Origin: an uncultured Gammaproteobacteria bacterium
Lineage (GTDB): Bacteria > Patescibacteriota > Microgenomatia > JAMCZE01
Direction: 5' to 3'
Assembly: GCA_964576435.1 (NCBI GenBank)
Contig: CAZNUP010000002.1
Coordinates: forward strand, 1 to 40,111
DNA: 40,111 nucleotides
Under the pieces are notes generated by a model. It was not told the origin of the DNA. It saw nothing but the letters and a program-made list of their open reading frames with translations, and did not search any database. Below are positions 1 to 9,073 of the stretch, piece by piece. The position numbers and the translations under genes were made by a program. Position 1 is the stretch's first letter. Every line of letters starts with the position of its first letter.

Positions 1-772
1 TAACAGGCTGATCGCATCCAAGCGTCCACAGCGACGATGCGGTTTGGCACCTTAAATAAGACATTGGGGTGATATGGGTGTAAACCTATACCAAACGTTA
101 TCAAACAAATAAAGTCTTTTTGAAATACAAATTTAAATTCAGCTAATATCGGTGAAACCCAAAATTAATGGTGGTTTTAAAACATTAATGGGTAATACCG
201 AGGGAAGTCCTAGTGACCCCGTATCGACTGAGAGTTTTATACTCGAGATGGACAAAAGAAAATATATTAAGTCCATAAAACGCTGACGCCTTTAATAATT
301 TATTGAAGGACGAAGATATAGTCAGACCTTTCGAGGAATCGAGAGTGCTATCCAAAATGGGAATTTTGGAATTAGCGATGTCGGCTCATCCTATCCTGAG
401 GCTGGAGAAGGTCTCAAGGGTCCGGCTGTTCGCCGGTTAAAAGGGTACGCGAGCTGGGTTCAGAGCGTCGTAAGACAGCTCGGCCTCTATCCAGTATGTC
501 CGCAAGAATTTTGAGAGGAGTCGTTCATAGTACGAGAGGACCTGAACGAACGAATCCCTGGTGTTCCAGTTGTCTCTTCAGAGGCACCGCTGGGTAGCTA
601 CATTCGGAACGGATAAGCGCTGAAAGCATATAAGCGCCAAGCCAACCTCAAGATTAAAATTCTATGTTCCGTAAGGGACGAGAGATCCGTGGAAGACTAC
701 CACGTTGATAGGCTCCAGGTGTAAGATCCGTAAGGATTTCAGCTTAGGAGTACTAATTTGATCGACTGTAGA
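1..772 (+). rRNA. rrl: 23S rRNA, 3'-terminal portion (5' end cut by window edge), interrupted by an intron at 53..375
   Basis: 1-52 and 376-~772 read colinearly with conserved domain V/VI 23S sequence (AACAGGCUGAU...GGCACCU | CGAUGUCGGCUCAUC...GGUACGCGAGCUGGGUU...GUUGAUAGGC...GUACUAAU). There is no credible ORF and a 5S rRNA follows. The 3' end is approximate (+/-10 nt). Confidence 0.95.
53..375 (+). mobile_element. Group I intron (ORF-less, 323 nt) inserted in the peptidyl-transferase loop of 23S rRNA
   Basis: It interrupts the invariant GGCACCU|CGAUGUCGG. Exon 1 ends in U52, which can pair with the GGGGUG guide at 66-71 (P1 with a U.G wobble), and the insert ends in G375 (omega-G). GAAGAUAUAGUCAGACC at 312-328 matches the Tetrahymena J8/7-P7 segment AAGAUAUAGUCGGACC. 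A complementary GACUG lies at 226-230, and a CCU-UUCG-AGG hairpin follows. Confidence 0.85.
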
Positions 773-853
773 TTTTTATTTAAACTTTTGTTTGTAAAGA
801 TCACGCCTTCTATTCACCTTTAAAAGAGCAAAGAAAACTAGGGCTCTAGAATT

Positions 854-970
854 TCTGGTCTTTGGAGCGGCCTGGAACCACTCCTTCCCATTCCGAACAG
901 GGATGTGAAACGGGCTAGCGGAGACAATACTTGAGGGGAAACTCTCTGGGAAGATATCTCAAGGCCAGGA
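854..970 (+). rRNA. rrf: 5S rRNA
   Basis: Contains CCCAUUCCGAACAGGGAUGUGAAAC, matching the E. coli CCCAUGCCGAACUCAGAAGUGAAAC core. The terminal helix pairs CUGGUCUU with AAGGCCAG. An extended flanking stem (839-852 with 969-982) is followed by a T-run, which looks like a processing or terminator stem. Confidence 0.9.
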
Positions 971-1045
971 ATTGTAGAGCTCTTTTTGTATCTGCCTTTT
1001 TTGGGTATTTGCATTTTAAGTTTTAGTTAAGCTAATATTAAGTTA

Positions 1046-2857
1046 GTGGAGAAATTACCTTCTATTAAGTCACTTTTTGAAGATACCTGGGCGGCTTTTA
1101 AGGGCAGTTTACTAAATGTTATTCTTCTCGGTGTTGGAAGCACGTTATTTTCAATAATTGCAATTGGAATTTTCATTGTTTTAGCCTTTGCTACTGGAAT
1201 GATTAGGCCTGGATCTACTCCAAATCTTAATCCAAACACATTAGTATTAGGCTCAATAATTTTTGTTTTTCTTTTTGTTTTGTTTCTTGTTATTCAATCG
1301 GTTTTTAGAATTGGGATGATTTTAGCGATTGGAGAATATGAGAAAAAAGAATCAGTTGTACTTCTTTTCAAAAGGTCATTTGGGCTATTTATACCCGTTT
1401 TCTTAACAGAAATAATTGTCTCGTTTTTGATGTTTGGAGCATTCTTCTTTTTTATAATTCCAGTACTATTCTTCTCAATTTTCCTCATGTTTACAGTTTT
1501 TGAAGTTATTCTTGGTGGGAAAAAATATAGTCAGGCACTTAAGGGAAGTGTAGAGATTGTTAAACAACATTTTGGTGATGTGTTTTTGAGACTTCTTGTT
1601 TGGGTAGGCATTTATATGCTTGCTAGTATGGTTACGGGGATAATAACTGGATTTTTACCAAACAATTTGGATGTACTTGGGGCAATGGGATCGTTTATTT
1701 TGAATATTTTCTTATCTTGGTTTGGAACAATTTACTTTATTTCTCTTTATAAACAGGTTGTTAAAAGAACAGATTTTTCAGGTCCAGTTAGCCTTAAATG
1801 GTTTTGGATAGTGTCACTTCTTGGATGGATACTTGGACTTATTTTTATATCTTCTGTTATCGCTTTAGTAGCAGCCAATAGTAAGGAAATACAAAAGTAC
1901 CTTGAGACCATTGGTGATAAAAAAGCGGCTTCAGAGGCCAGTTTATTGACCACTGCACCGTCTTCATGTGGATTATCTATCCCAGTTCCCAAGACAACTG
2001 ATACAACAGGTGAGGGTAAAACTAGAAAGTGGCTGTATGAGGAAGTCCCACTCGATAAAAGCGAGTTTTTTATTTTGAATAAAGATGTGTTTTCTCCTGA
2101 TCTACTTTTGGGTTCGTTTATTGGATATAAAGAATCAGATTCTAGACTTGGGGGAACGGAAAATGAATTTTCAACCTCATACCCAGGTCTTATTGTATTT
2201 TGTGTAGACAATACCAAAGGGTTAACACTTAAAGAATATGAAGATCTTGCGCTTGCTAACAAGGATTTCAAAGTTACTACACAGAAACCGGTTATGTGGG
2301 GTGAAGTGAAATTTGTGCCAGTTGTAGTCGATGGAACATTTAGAGGTAAAGAGCTTAAAGACTTAGGGTATTTAGCGGTTACCCAAGACGGTAGTAGACT
2401 TATTTATGGAAGATTGTGGGCACCTGAAGATAAAGATCCAATTAAGAGTAAACTGACATCTGACATAAATACAATTTTGAATAATTTAAAGTATCGAAAA
2501 TCACCATTGAAATTGTCACAAATGACTTTTTCTAATCCGAATACTGTTCAAAAACAATCATCTGCGCAACAAAATGTAGTCCCTGCATGCACCCAATACA
2601 ACATTAGAGAAGGGGAATTTGCAAGTAATAAGTGCTACAGCCAGAATGATTATAGTGACCTTAACTACTATATAAATCAATTTAATAGTGCTGTGTTTAG
2701 TTACAATGGTGCTAACGGTCAGATGAGCGTTACTTGCAATGGTAGCGATTTCTTTAAGGAGCAATGTGAGGTAAATAAAAAAGAAAAAGAGCAGGCACAG
2801 GCTGATATGGACAAATATAGAGGAATAATCAATGGGATTATCGCGAGGGGGAAATAG
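1046..2857 (+). CDS. Hypothetical polytopic membrane protein with a Cys-containing extracytoplasmic C-terminal domain
   Basis: 603-codon ORF with a GTG start. The first ~290 aa contain multiple hydrophobic helices and the C-terminal ~300 aa are hydrophilic. I recognise no family, and the start codon is uncertain. Confidence 0.7.
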   Translation: MEKLPSIKSLFEDTWAAFKGSLLNVILLGVGSTLFSIIAIGIFIVLAFATGMIRPGSTPNLNPNTLVLGSIIFVFLFVLFLVIQSVFRIGMILAIGEYEKKESVVLLFKRSFGLFIPVFLTEIIVSFLMFGAFFFFIIPVLFFSIFLMFTVFEVILGGKKYSQALKGSVEIVKQHFGDVFLRLLVWVGIYMLASMVTGIITGFLPNNLDVLGAMGSFILNIFLSWFGTIYFISLYKQVVKRTDFSGPVSLKWFWIVSLLGWILGLIFISSVIALVAANSKEIQKYLETIGDKKAASEASLLTTAPSSCGLSIPVPKTTDTTGEGKTRKWLYEEVPLDKSEFFILNKDVFSPDLLLGSFIGYKESDSRLGGTENEFSTSYPGLIVFCVDNTKGLTLKEYEDLALANKDFKVTTQKPVMWGEVKFVPVVVDGTFRGKELKDLGYLAVTQDGSRLIYGRLWAPEDKDPIKSKLTSDINTILNNLKYRKSPLKLSQMTFSNPNTVQKQSSAQQNVVPACTQYNIREGEFASNKCYSQNDYSDLNYYINQFNSAVFSYNGANGQMSVTCNGSDFFKEQCEVNKKEKEQAQADMDKYRGIINGIIARGK

Positions 2858-3191
2858 TAGTGCGGAACCTTGTCCTTCTTGCTCTATCAGCTACGTCATA
2901 GGCAGCTTTTATTATTTCATCTCCGTTTACTAACCAAGGATTCTTATCATCACCTTGAGGTGATTTTTCATATTCGGAATTTACTTTTTCTCCTACTTTT
3001 AGTAAATTTTCGCTTTGATGGTTTTTTGGCAACCTTGTATTCAGACTAGCTGCTTTAATCCATATACTGTGGAGTGTTTTAGCAGGGTCACGTCTATCAT
3101 TTCCTGAAACAAATTTGGCTAGACAGTTATTAAAATCTCTTACTTCAATTGCTTGATTTCGGCCTATTCTTAGTACATCTACAATGAGCAT
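2838..3191 (-). CDS. Hypothetical protein (117 aa)
   Basis: ORF only. Its tail overlaps the convergent upstream gene by 20 nt. No recognisable motif. Confidence 0.4.
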   Translation of the reverse strand: MLIVDVLRIGRNQAIEVRDFNNCLAKFVSGNDRRDPAKTLHSIWIKAASLNTRLPKNHQSENLLKVGEKVNSEYEKSPQGDDKNPWLVNGDEIIKAAYDVADRARRTRFRTTISPSR

Positions 3192-3247
3192 AATTGTATT
3201 ATAGGTCGATCTTTGCGTTTTGGCAATTTATTGAGTAGGATTATGTA

Positions 3248-4138
3248 ATGGACGTTTCAATTGTAATTGTTTCATTTAATGCAAAAGATCTTACACAAAA
3301 GTGCTTAGAATCGATCTTTAAATTTACTGAAGATGTGAACTTTGAAGTAATTGTTGTTGATAATGCATCGACTGATGGAGTAGTGGAAATGTTAAGAAAA
3401 TTTGGGGACAAAATTAAACTTATTGAATCAAAGGAAAATTTGGGATTTGCGAAAGGCAATAATTTGGGAATTTCTAAGGCAAGTGGTAAATACATCTTTC
3501 TTTTGAACCCGGACACAGAACTTTTAGAAAATAGTGTTGAGAGGCTTGAAGTTTGGATGAATGCGCATACTGATGTGGCTGTTGTATCGTCACAAATGTT
3601 AAGTTCTGAGCACAAAATTTCTCCTACAGGTGGATTCTTCCCAGACCTTAAAAAAGTGTTTGCTTGGGGGTTCTTTTTAGATGATTTACCAATTTCTCCA
3701 TTTTATGGTTCGTCGTTTCATCCACATGCGGGAAAAATTTATGAGAAAGAGTTTTATCCTGACTGGGTGACTGGAGCTATTTTCTTTGTTAGGAAAGAAG
3801 CAATTAATCAAGTAGGAGTTTTTGATGACAACATGTTTATGTATGGTGAGGAGCTTGAATGGTGTATTAGATTTAAGAAAGCAGGGTGGAAAATTGCTTA
3901 CACTCCAATAACAAAGATTGTTCACCATGAACGTGGGACACAAGGAGGATTGCCGCGAGGGGCTGTGCTTGGGGAATTTAAGGGTCTTAAATATATTTAT
4001 GGAAAATATGAATCAATCCCAAGACAACTACTTTTGGGGACAATTTTAGATTTTGCAGCAATATTTAGGATTTTTATGTGGCTAGTTAGGCTTAAACCAA
4101 AAATGGCTAAAGTTTATCTTGAAGCCTTATTTCTTTGA
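3248..4138 (+). CDS. Family 2 glycosyltransferase
   Basis: N-terminal VSIVIVSFN...VVDNASTDG...NLGFAKGNNLG and later DxD-like and EELEW motifs are typical of GT2 (rhamnosyltransferase-like) enzymes. Confidence 0.9.
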   Translation: MDVSIVIVSFNAKDLTQKCLESIFKFTEDVNFEVIVVDNASTDGVVEMLRKFGDKIKLIESKENLGFAKGNNLGISKASGKYIFLLNPDTELLENSVERLEVWMNAHTDVAVVSSQMLSSEHKISPTGGFFPDLKKVFAWGFFLDDLPISPFYGSSFHPHAGKIYEKEFYPDWVTGAIFFVRKEAINQVGVFDDNMFMYGEELEWCIRFKKAGWKIAYTPITKIVHHERGTQGGLPRGAVLGEFKGLKYIYGKYESIPRQLLLGTILDFAAIFRIFMWLVRLKPKMAKVYLEALFL

Positions 4139-4372
4139 TAAAAGTTCTTTTTCAATTTTGCGAGTAGAACTACTAATTATTTGCCTTTGTCGTATTGAAG
4201 TGATTGCCTTTGCTAAAACTAATGTAATTACGCCGCCTTCAAAACCGATTTGGCCAAAAACTGTAGAAAGAGTTAACAGAAAAATCCCATCTGCAAGAAG
4301 TAGATCTGGTCTAAAAATACCTTTTTCGGCTGTTTCTCTCCTGTGATATAAATCTTGTAATTTTTCTGCCAT
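4127..4372 (-). CDS. Hypothetical small membrane protein (81 aa)
   Basis: ORF with two hydrophobic segments. It reads as more protein-like than the overlapping + strand ORF 4119..4346. No family assigned. Confidence 0.35.
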   Translation of the reverse strand: MAEKLQDLYHRRETAEKGIFRPDLLLADGIFLLTLSTVFGQIGFEGGVITLVLAKAITSIRQRQIISSSTRKIEKELLSKK

Positions 4373-4428
4373 CTATATATTATAGGACAGAGTGTCCTTT
4401 TATTCAATTTTACTGCTAGAATTATAAT

Positions 4429-5340
4429 ATGATTTCTGTTGTCATCCCCAACTACAACGGTCGGGAACTTTTGGAGAAAAATCTCCCTAAACTTTTGACT
4501 TTTCTTAAGAAATCTGAGCTCAAATATGAGCTTATTGTGGTTGACGATTTTTCAACTGACAAGTCGGTCGAGTTTTTAAGAAGTCAGGAGGGGATTAGTC
4601 TTATTGAAAGAACTTCAAATAGCGGGTTTCCAATTAGTGCTCACCAGGGATTTTTAGAATCAAAAGGAGATATTGTTTTTGTAATCAAAAACGATGCAAT
4701 TCCAGAAAGGGCAGATTACTTTAAACTTTTATTAGACCATTTTAAAGACCCTAAGGTGTTTGCAGTTTCGGCTGCTTTAAAAACGATTGAAAATGGCAAA
4801 GAAGAAATTAGAGGGTGTGGAATCATCTATTACGAAAGAGGTTTTTTTCTTCATAAGCGTGGTGAGGATACTAGCAAGATTTCTTCTTGGGCCGATGGGA
4901 GTTCGTCGGCATTTAGGAGAGAGGCTTACTTTAAAGTTGGAGGGTTTGATCCAATTTTTGCACCGGGATATTGGGAGGATGTGGATCTTGGTTATAGAGC
5001 GTGGAAAGCGGGATATAAGATCGACTTTGAGGTTAAGGCAGTTCTTCTTCACGATTTTGAACAAAGTGTTTATAAGAAGAAATATGGAGATAAACTGCCT
5101 TTAATTAACGTTCGTAATCAGTTTAATTTTGTGTGGGCGAATGCTGACATGAATTATATTTGGAAATATATTTTTTGGTTGCCTATTCATTATTTAATAT
5201 CCATTAAAAATTGGGATTTTACTTTAATTAAAGGCCATTTGTGGTCACTTTCTCAAAGTATTCAGCTTTTCAAAATAAGAGCAAAAAGGAAAAAACTTTA
5301 TAAATTTAGTGATGATGAGGTATTAAAATTATTTAAGTAA
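4429..5340 (+). CDS. Family 2 glycosyltransferase
   Basis: MISVVIPNYNG...VVDDFSTD...WEDVDLGYRAWKAGY are typical GT2 motifs. Confidence 0.9.
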   Translation: MISVVIPNYNGRELLEKNLPKLLTFLKKSELKYELIVVDDFSTDKSVEFLRSQEGISLIERTSNSGFPISAHQGFLESKGDIVFVIKNDAIPERADYFKLLLDHFKDPKVFAVSAALKTIENGKEEIRGCGIIYYERGFFLHKRGEDTSKISSWADGSSSAFRREAYFKVGGFDPIFAPGYWEDVDLGYRAWKAGYKIDFEVKAVLLHDFEQSVYKKKYGDKLPLINVRNQFNFVWANADMNYIWKYIFWLPIHYLISIKNWDFTLIKGHLWSLSQSIQLFKIRAKRKKLYKFSDDEVLKLFK

Positions 5341-5379
5341 GTCCTTTACAAGGTTTGTATATTTAGTAAACTAGGATAT

Positions 5380-6105
5380 ATGGGTGATGGAAAGATAGTA
5401 AGTATTGAAGCAAGCGAAGGGACTCCTGTAAAAGACGTGTCTATAATTTCTCCAAATCAACATCTTCTGGAAATGCTTCCAATTCCTGCAAGCGAACGAG
5501 AACACCTAGTATTTAACCAGGATGGGGTGGCTTACATTTCCAAGCAGGAAGGTATTTACGATTCACATGATTACCGAATTCAGATAATTCAAGGAGGTGC
5601 TGGTTTAAGATTTGAGGCGCCCTCGGATAAAAATGGATTAGTAGCATGGAAACAGGAAATAGTCGAAATGCCTGATGGGGGTGTTGTCACAGAGGAAACA
5701 ATAGAACCTCATTTGTCTTCGAGAATGGATAATAAAGATCAGCATATTAAGTCTGTGCAAAAAAGGGCAGAATATTTAATGCGCTCTGCAACCAGAGAAT
5801 TTAAGGGGCTAGATGAAAGTTTTGATCCATTTTACATTGAACTGATGGATAAAGTTAGAACAGGTCAAGATCGTGTACAGTGGGACTTACATGGATATAA
5901 CACAGAGACAATCGTTTCTAAGTCGACGATAAAACCAGGTCTAGAACCTCAAGTGGAAATAGTTGTTGTTCAACAAATTCTCGGGAAAAAGGATGAACAT
6001 GTTCTTGATTATGATGTTCATACAACAAGAGCAAAGTTTTCTGGAGGAAGGCCTTTGCCTGAGTCAGTTTCAACAAATATTGATAAGTGGCAAGTAAGAA
6101 GATAA
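5380..6105 (+). CDS. Hypothetical protein (241 aa)
   Basis: Clean ORF in a coding-dense context with a hydrophilic product. No recognisable family. Confidence 0.6.
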   Translation: MGDGKIVSIEASEGTPVKDVSIISPNQHLLEMLPIPASEREHLVFNQDGVAYISKQEGIYDSHDYRIQIIQGGAGLRFEAPSDKNGLVAWKQEIVEMPDGGVVTEETIEPHLSSRMDNKDQHIKSVQKRAEYLMRSATREFKGLDESFDPFYIELMDKVRTGQDRVQWDLHGYNTETIVSKSTIKPGLEPQVEIVVVQQILGKKDEHVLDYDVHTTRAKFSGGRPLPESVSTNIDKWQVRR

Positions 6106-6123
6106 GTTTTGGGTATTTATAAT

Positions 6124-7032
6124 TTAATCTCCAAGTGCCCCGCGAATTCCTAGAAGAAAATCCTTAACTCCCTGTTTTTGCATAGGTCTTCCGGTTTTTA
6201 AAAGCCTAAAGGCTTCTCTCAAAACTGCGATTTTTGTACGAAGTGGGGCATAACGCATTGCAAAAATTAGACGATTTCTTGTTGTCATGTAATCCGAAAA
6301 AGGAGAGCCAATGCCTCCTGTTCTTGAGACTTTGTGATAAATACCAGTTAAACCGTCATAGTAGAGTTTGAAACCGGCTTTTTTTACTTTTTCTTGGAAG
6401 TCGTTATCGTCGTAATAGGCAAAAAGTCCTTCATCCCAGAAAATGCCTTTGTCGTAGATTTTTCTACTTACTAAGACACAAGAACTACTTACGAATTCTG
6501 TTTCTTCTACCAAATCATATTTACCGGTATCTACATCATCAATTCCTCTATGGTGTGAATTGATATTCTTCCAGTCAAAAGAACCCCCGGCGTACCAAAT
6601 TACATTTCCTTTATCACTTGGTTTGTATTTTTCCTTTTGATATTCAAAACCGGGTGCAAAGTAAAGCTTTGGTGAAACCATGCCAATATTTGGCTCAGAT
6701 TCAATGGTTTTAACAAGATCTAAAAGAAGATTTTTGTCTTTTATTTCAGTGTCGTTATTTATAAGTAGGATATAGTCAGCTCCCCAAGCGAGTCCTGCTT
6801 TGGCTGAATCGTTATATCCTCCTGCGGAACCTCTGTTTTCCTTCTTCTCAATGAGATTTGTAGTTGGAAATTGCTTTTTGATGGCGTCAGCCGAGCCATC
6901 AGAAGAGCCGCCATCGGTGACAAAAACTTGGACTTCTAGCCCCTTTGTATCTAGTTTTTTGAGGCTTGACAGAAAGTCTAGGGTGTCTTTTTTTCCATTC
7001 CAATTAACTGTGCAGATTGCGATTTTGATCAT
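6124..7032 (-). CDS. Family 2 glycosyltransferase
   Basis: IAICTVNWNGKKDT...DGGSSDGS...LLINNDT...YYDDNDF are GT2 signatures. Confidence 0.9.
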   Translation of the reverse strand: MIKIAICTVNWNGKKDTLDFLSSLKKLDTKGLEVQVFVTDGGSSDGSADAIKKQFPTTNLIEKKENRGSAGGYNDSAKAGLAWGADYILLINNDTEIKDKNLLLDLVKTIESEPNIGMVSPKLYFAPGFEYQKEKYKPSDKGNVIWYAGGSFDWKNINSHHRGIDDVDTGKYDLVEETEFVSSSCVLVSRKIYDKGIFWDEGLFAYYDDNDFQEKVKKAGFKLYYDGLTGIYHKVSRTGGIGSPFSDYMTTRNRLIFAMRYAPLRTKIAVLREAFRLLKTGRPMQKQGVKDFLLGIRGALGD

Positions 7033-7053
7033 TAGCTAAATTTTAGCAGATGT

Positions 7054-7416
7054 TTATTCATCAGTTTGAATTAAGGCGTCGTGTAAGGGGTTAAAAGTTT
7101 GTTGACGAGCATTTTCAAGGGCTTTATTCCACTTATATCTGATTCTACCGTCTTCATCGGTATAGGGGATGGCTTTGACTCTAGTGTGCATTACAACCGA
7201 GGGATGTAACTCTCCATTGTGAATAGGGCAAAACAACATATGTTGTGGGGTTAGGATTAGAATTGGGTGTCTTTTTCTTCCCGGAATTTCTATATTGCAT
7301 ATTTTAGAAACAGATAAGGCGCCCATTCCTTCCTGAGTTAGTAGGTACTTTTTACATAGGGCAAATGTATGTAATTCCTCGGCGGTGTAAGTCTGTTTCT
7401 CCCTTTTCCTGCCCAT
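7054..7416 (-). CDS. Hypothetical protein (120 aa)
   Basis: ORF only, on the same strand as and immediately upstream of the GT2 gene. Confidence 0.5.
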   Translation of the reverse strand: MGRKREKQTYTAEELHTFALCKKYLLTQEGMGALSVSKICNIEIPGRKRHPILILTPQHMLFCPIHNGELHPSVVMHTRVKAIPYTDEDGRIRYKWNKALENARQQTFNPLHDALIQTDE

Positions 7417-7464
7417 ATGGTCGCATTCTACCTTTCTTGACGGGCAATTTCCAAGTGAACATAG

Positions 7465-7493
7465 TTGTCTTTAGGATATCTACATGATAAAAT
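7465..7493 (+). promoter_or_regulatory. Candidate sigma70-type promoter upstream of rpsA
   Basis: TTGTCT (7465-7470), a 17-nt spacer, then TAAAAT (7488-7493) preceded by TGa (extended -10). Confidence 0.35.
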
Positions 7494-7528
7494 ATTGACA
7501 AATACAAAGGGAAGGAAGTGTTTCATGA

Positions 7529-8689
7529 TTGAAAAAGTCAAAAACTGGATCAGCAAAATCTTCGGAAAGTAAGGCTTCTAAAACAGCCGAAGTTTCTCCT
7601 GTAAAGAAAAGCAGTAAAACCCAAGTCGAGCCAACAACCATGGAAGCGCTTCTTGCTGATGTTGGGTACGGCTTTAAAGGCTTCAAAAAAGGGCAGTTTG
7701 TCTCTGGAACAGTATCTTCAATTTCTGGGAAAGAAGTTTTAATTGACTTTGGAGGTAAAACTGAAGGGGTTGTTGGAGAAAAAGAATGGGAAGATGTTAA
7801 AGGGTTTGTTTCAAAACTTAAACCCGGCGACAAGATTGAAGCCATGGTTATTTCTTCAGAAAACGATCGCGGGCAAATGGTTGTTTCAATTAGGTCAGCT
7901 GGAAACAAATTTAGATGGCAAAGAGTCAAGGAACTCCTTAAGAGTGGGGATGCTGTTAATGTTCGAGGAATGGAAGTGAACAAAGGTGGAATCTTGGTCG
8001 ATTATGATGGTCTAAAAGGATTTATGCCAGGATCACAACTTGCTCCTGAACATGCTTCTGACATGGCCAAGCTTTTGAATAGAATAATTCCAGCTAAAGT
8101 CATTGAAGTTGATCAACAGCAAAATAGACTAATTTTCTCTGAAAAGGCAGTCACTGGGGCTGCTGATCTATCTAAAAAGCTTGATGAAGTCAAATCGAAA
8201 GTTAATATTGGAGAAAAATATAAAGGAAAGATATCAGCAATTATGCCGTACGGCGTATTTGTGAACTTAGAAGCTGGCCCTGATGGACTAGTCCACATTT
8301 CCGAAATATCATGGGAAAAAGTTGATAATTTAGCGGGAATTTTTGAAGTCGGGGAGCAAGTTGATGTTTTGGTTCTTGGAATCAATGAAAATGACGGGAA
8401 GTTGAATCTTTCCATTAAACAACTTCTACCTGATCCATGGGCAGATCTTGCTAAGAAATACTCAACTGATAAGGAAGTTAAAGGAATTGTTACTAGAGTT
8501 TCTGCATATGGAGTGTTTGTGAAACTGGAAGATGGGGTTGAGGGTTTGATTCATATTTCCAAAGTTCCAGCGGGAACTGAATATGAAGTCGGAGAAACTG
8601 TAAAATGCACAATTGAGTCGGTTGATGTTAAATCACATAGAATCTCATTAATTCCAGTTGTGACCCATAAGCCCATTGGGTATAAATAG
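7529..8689 (+). CDS. rpsA: 30S ribosomal protein S1 (four S1 domains)
   Basis: Repeated S1 OB-fold signatures are present (GxxVxGxV...GVFVxLxxGxxGLxHISE). The ORF opens at TTG 7529 with a Lys/Ser-rich extension. ATG 7640 (MEALLADVG...) is an alternative start. Confidence 0.9.
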   Translation: MKKSKTGSAKSSESKASKTAEVSPVKKSSKTQVEPTTMEALLADVGYGFKGFKKGQFVSGTVSSISGKEVLIDFGGKTEGVVGEKEWEDVKGFVSKLKPGDKIEAMVISSENDRGQMVVSIRSAGNKFRWQRVKELLKSGDAVNVRGMEVNKGGILVDYDGLKGFMPGSQLAPEHASDMAKLLNRIIPAKVIEVDQQQNRLIFSEKAVTGAADLSKKLDEVKSKVNIGEKYKGKISAIMPYGVFVNLEAGPDGLVHISEISWEKVDNLAGIFEVGEQVDVLVLGINENDGKLNLSIKQLLPDPWADLAKKYSTDKEVKGIVTRVSAYGVFVKLEDGVEGLIHISKVPAGTEYEVGETVKCTIESVDVKSHRISLIPVVTHKPIGYK

Positions 8690-8692
8690 AAT

Positions 8693-9028
8693 ATGGTACG
8701 TCATAATTCTGTAGTTTTGGCGCAAGTAGTTCCCGAACCAAAGGTTCCTGTTGTATTTCCCAGAAACGATATGGGGTTTATGATACTTGTGAGTGCTGCT
8801 CACGAAGTTCGTGTTAACTTAGGCGATATTTTGGCAAACAGAAAAGGATGGAATCAACAGTTGGATAATGAACTTCGAAGTTTAGGATTTGGTGGTCCGG
8901 AGAGTGTAACTAAGCAAGATTTGCAAGGCGTTGTAACCAAATTATGGGGAGACGAAATATGGCAACAAGCAAGTAAAAAACCTGAGTTAACCATGTCCCA
9001 TGTGATCAAATACCCTGAGTTTCGTTAA
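8693..9028 (+). CDS. Hypothetical protein (111 aa)
   Basis: ORF that begins 4 nt after the rpsA stop. No family recognised. Confidence 0.5.
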   Translation: MVRHNSVVLAQVVPEPKVPVVFPRNDMGFMILVSAAHEVRVNLGDILANRKGWNQQLDNELRSLGFGGPESVTKQDLQGVVTKLWGDEIWQQASKKPELTMSHVIKYPEFR

Positions 9029-9073
9029 GAGTATTTTCAGATTATATTACCTTTTTAGGTTATAATTTAGTTC

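Noticed and set aside
4119-4346. 75-aa + strand ORF overlapping the end of the GT2 gene.
   Set aside because: Its composition looks non-protein-like. The overlapping - strand ORF (4127..4372) is the better, though still weak, candidate.
7525-7572. 15-codon ATG-initiated uORF (MIEKVKNWISKIFGK) overlapping the annotated TTG start of rpsA.
   Set aside because: It is short and there is no evidence beyond an ATG near an SD-like GGAAGGAAG. It mainly shows that the rpsA start (TTG 7529 versus ATG 7640) is uncertain.
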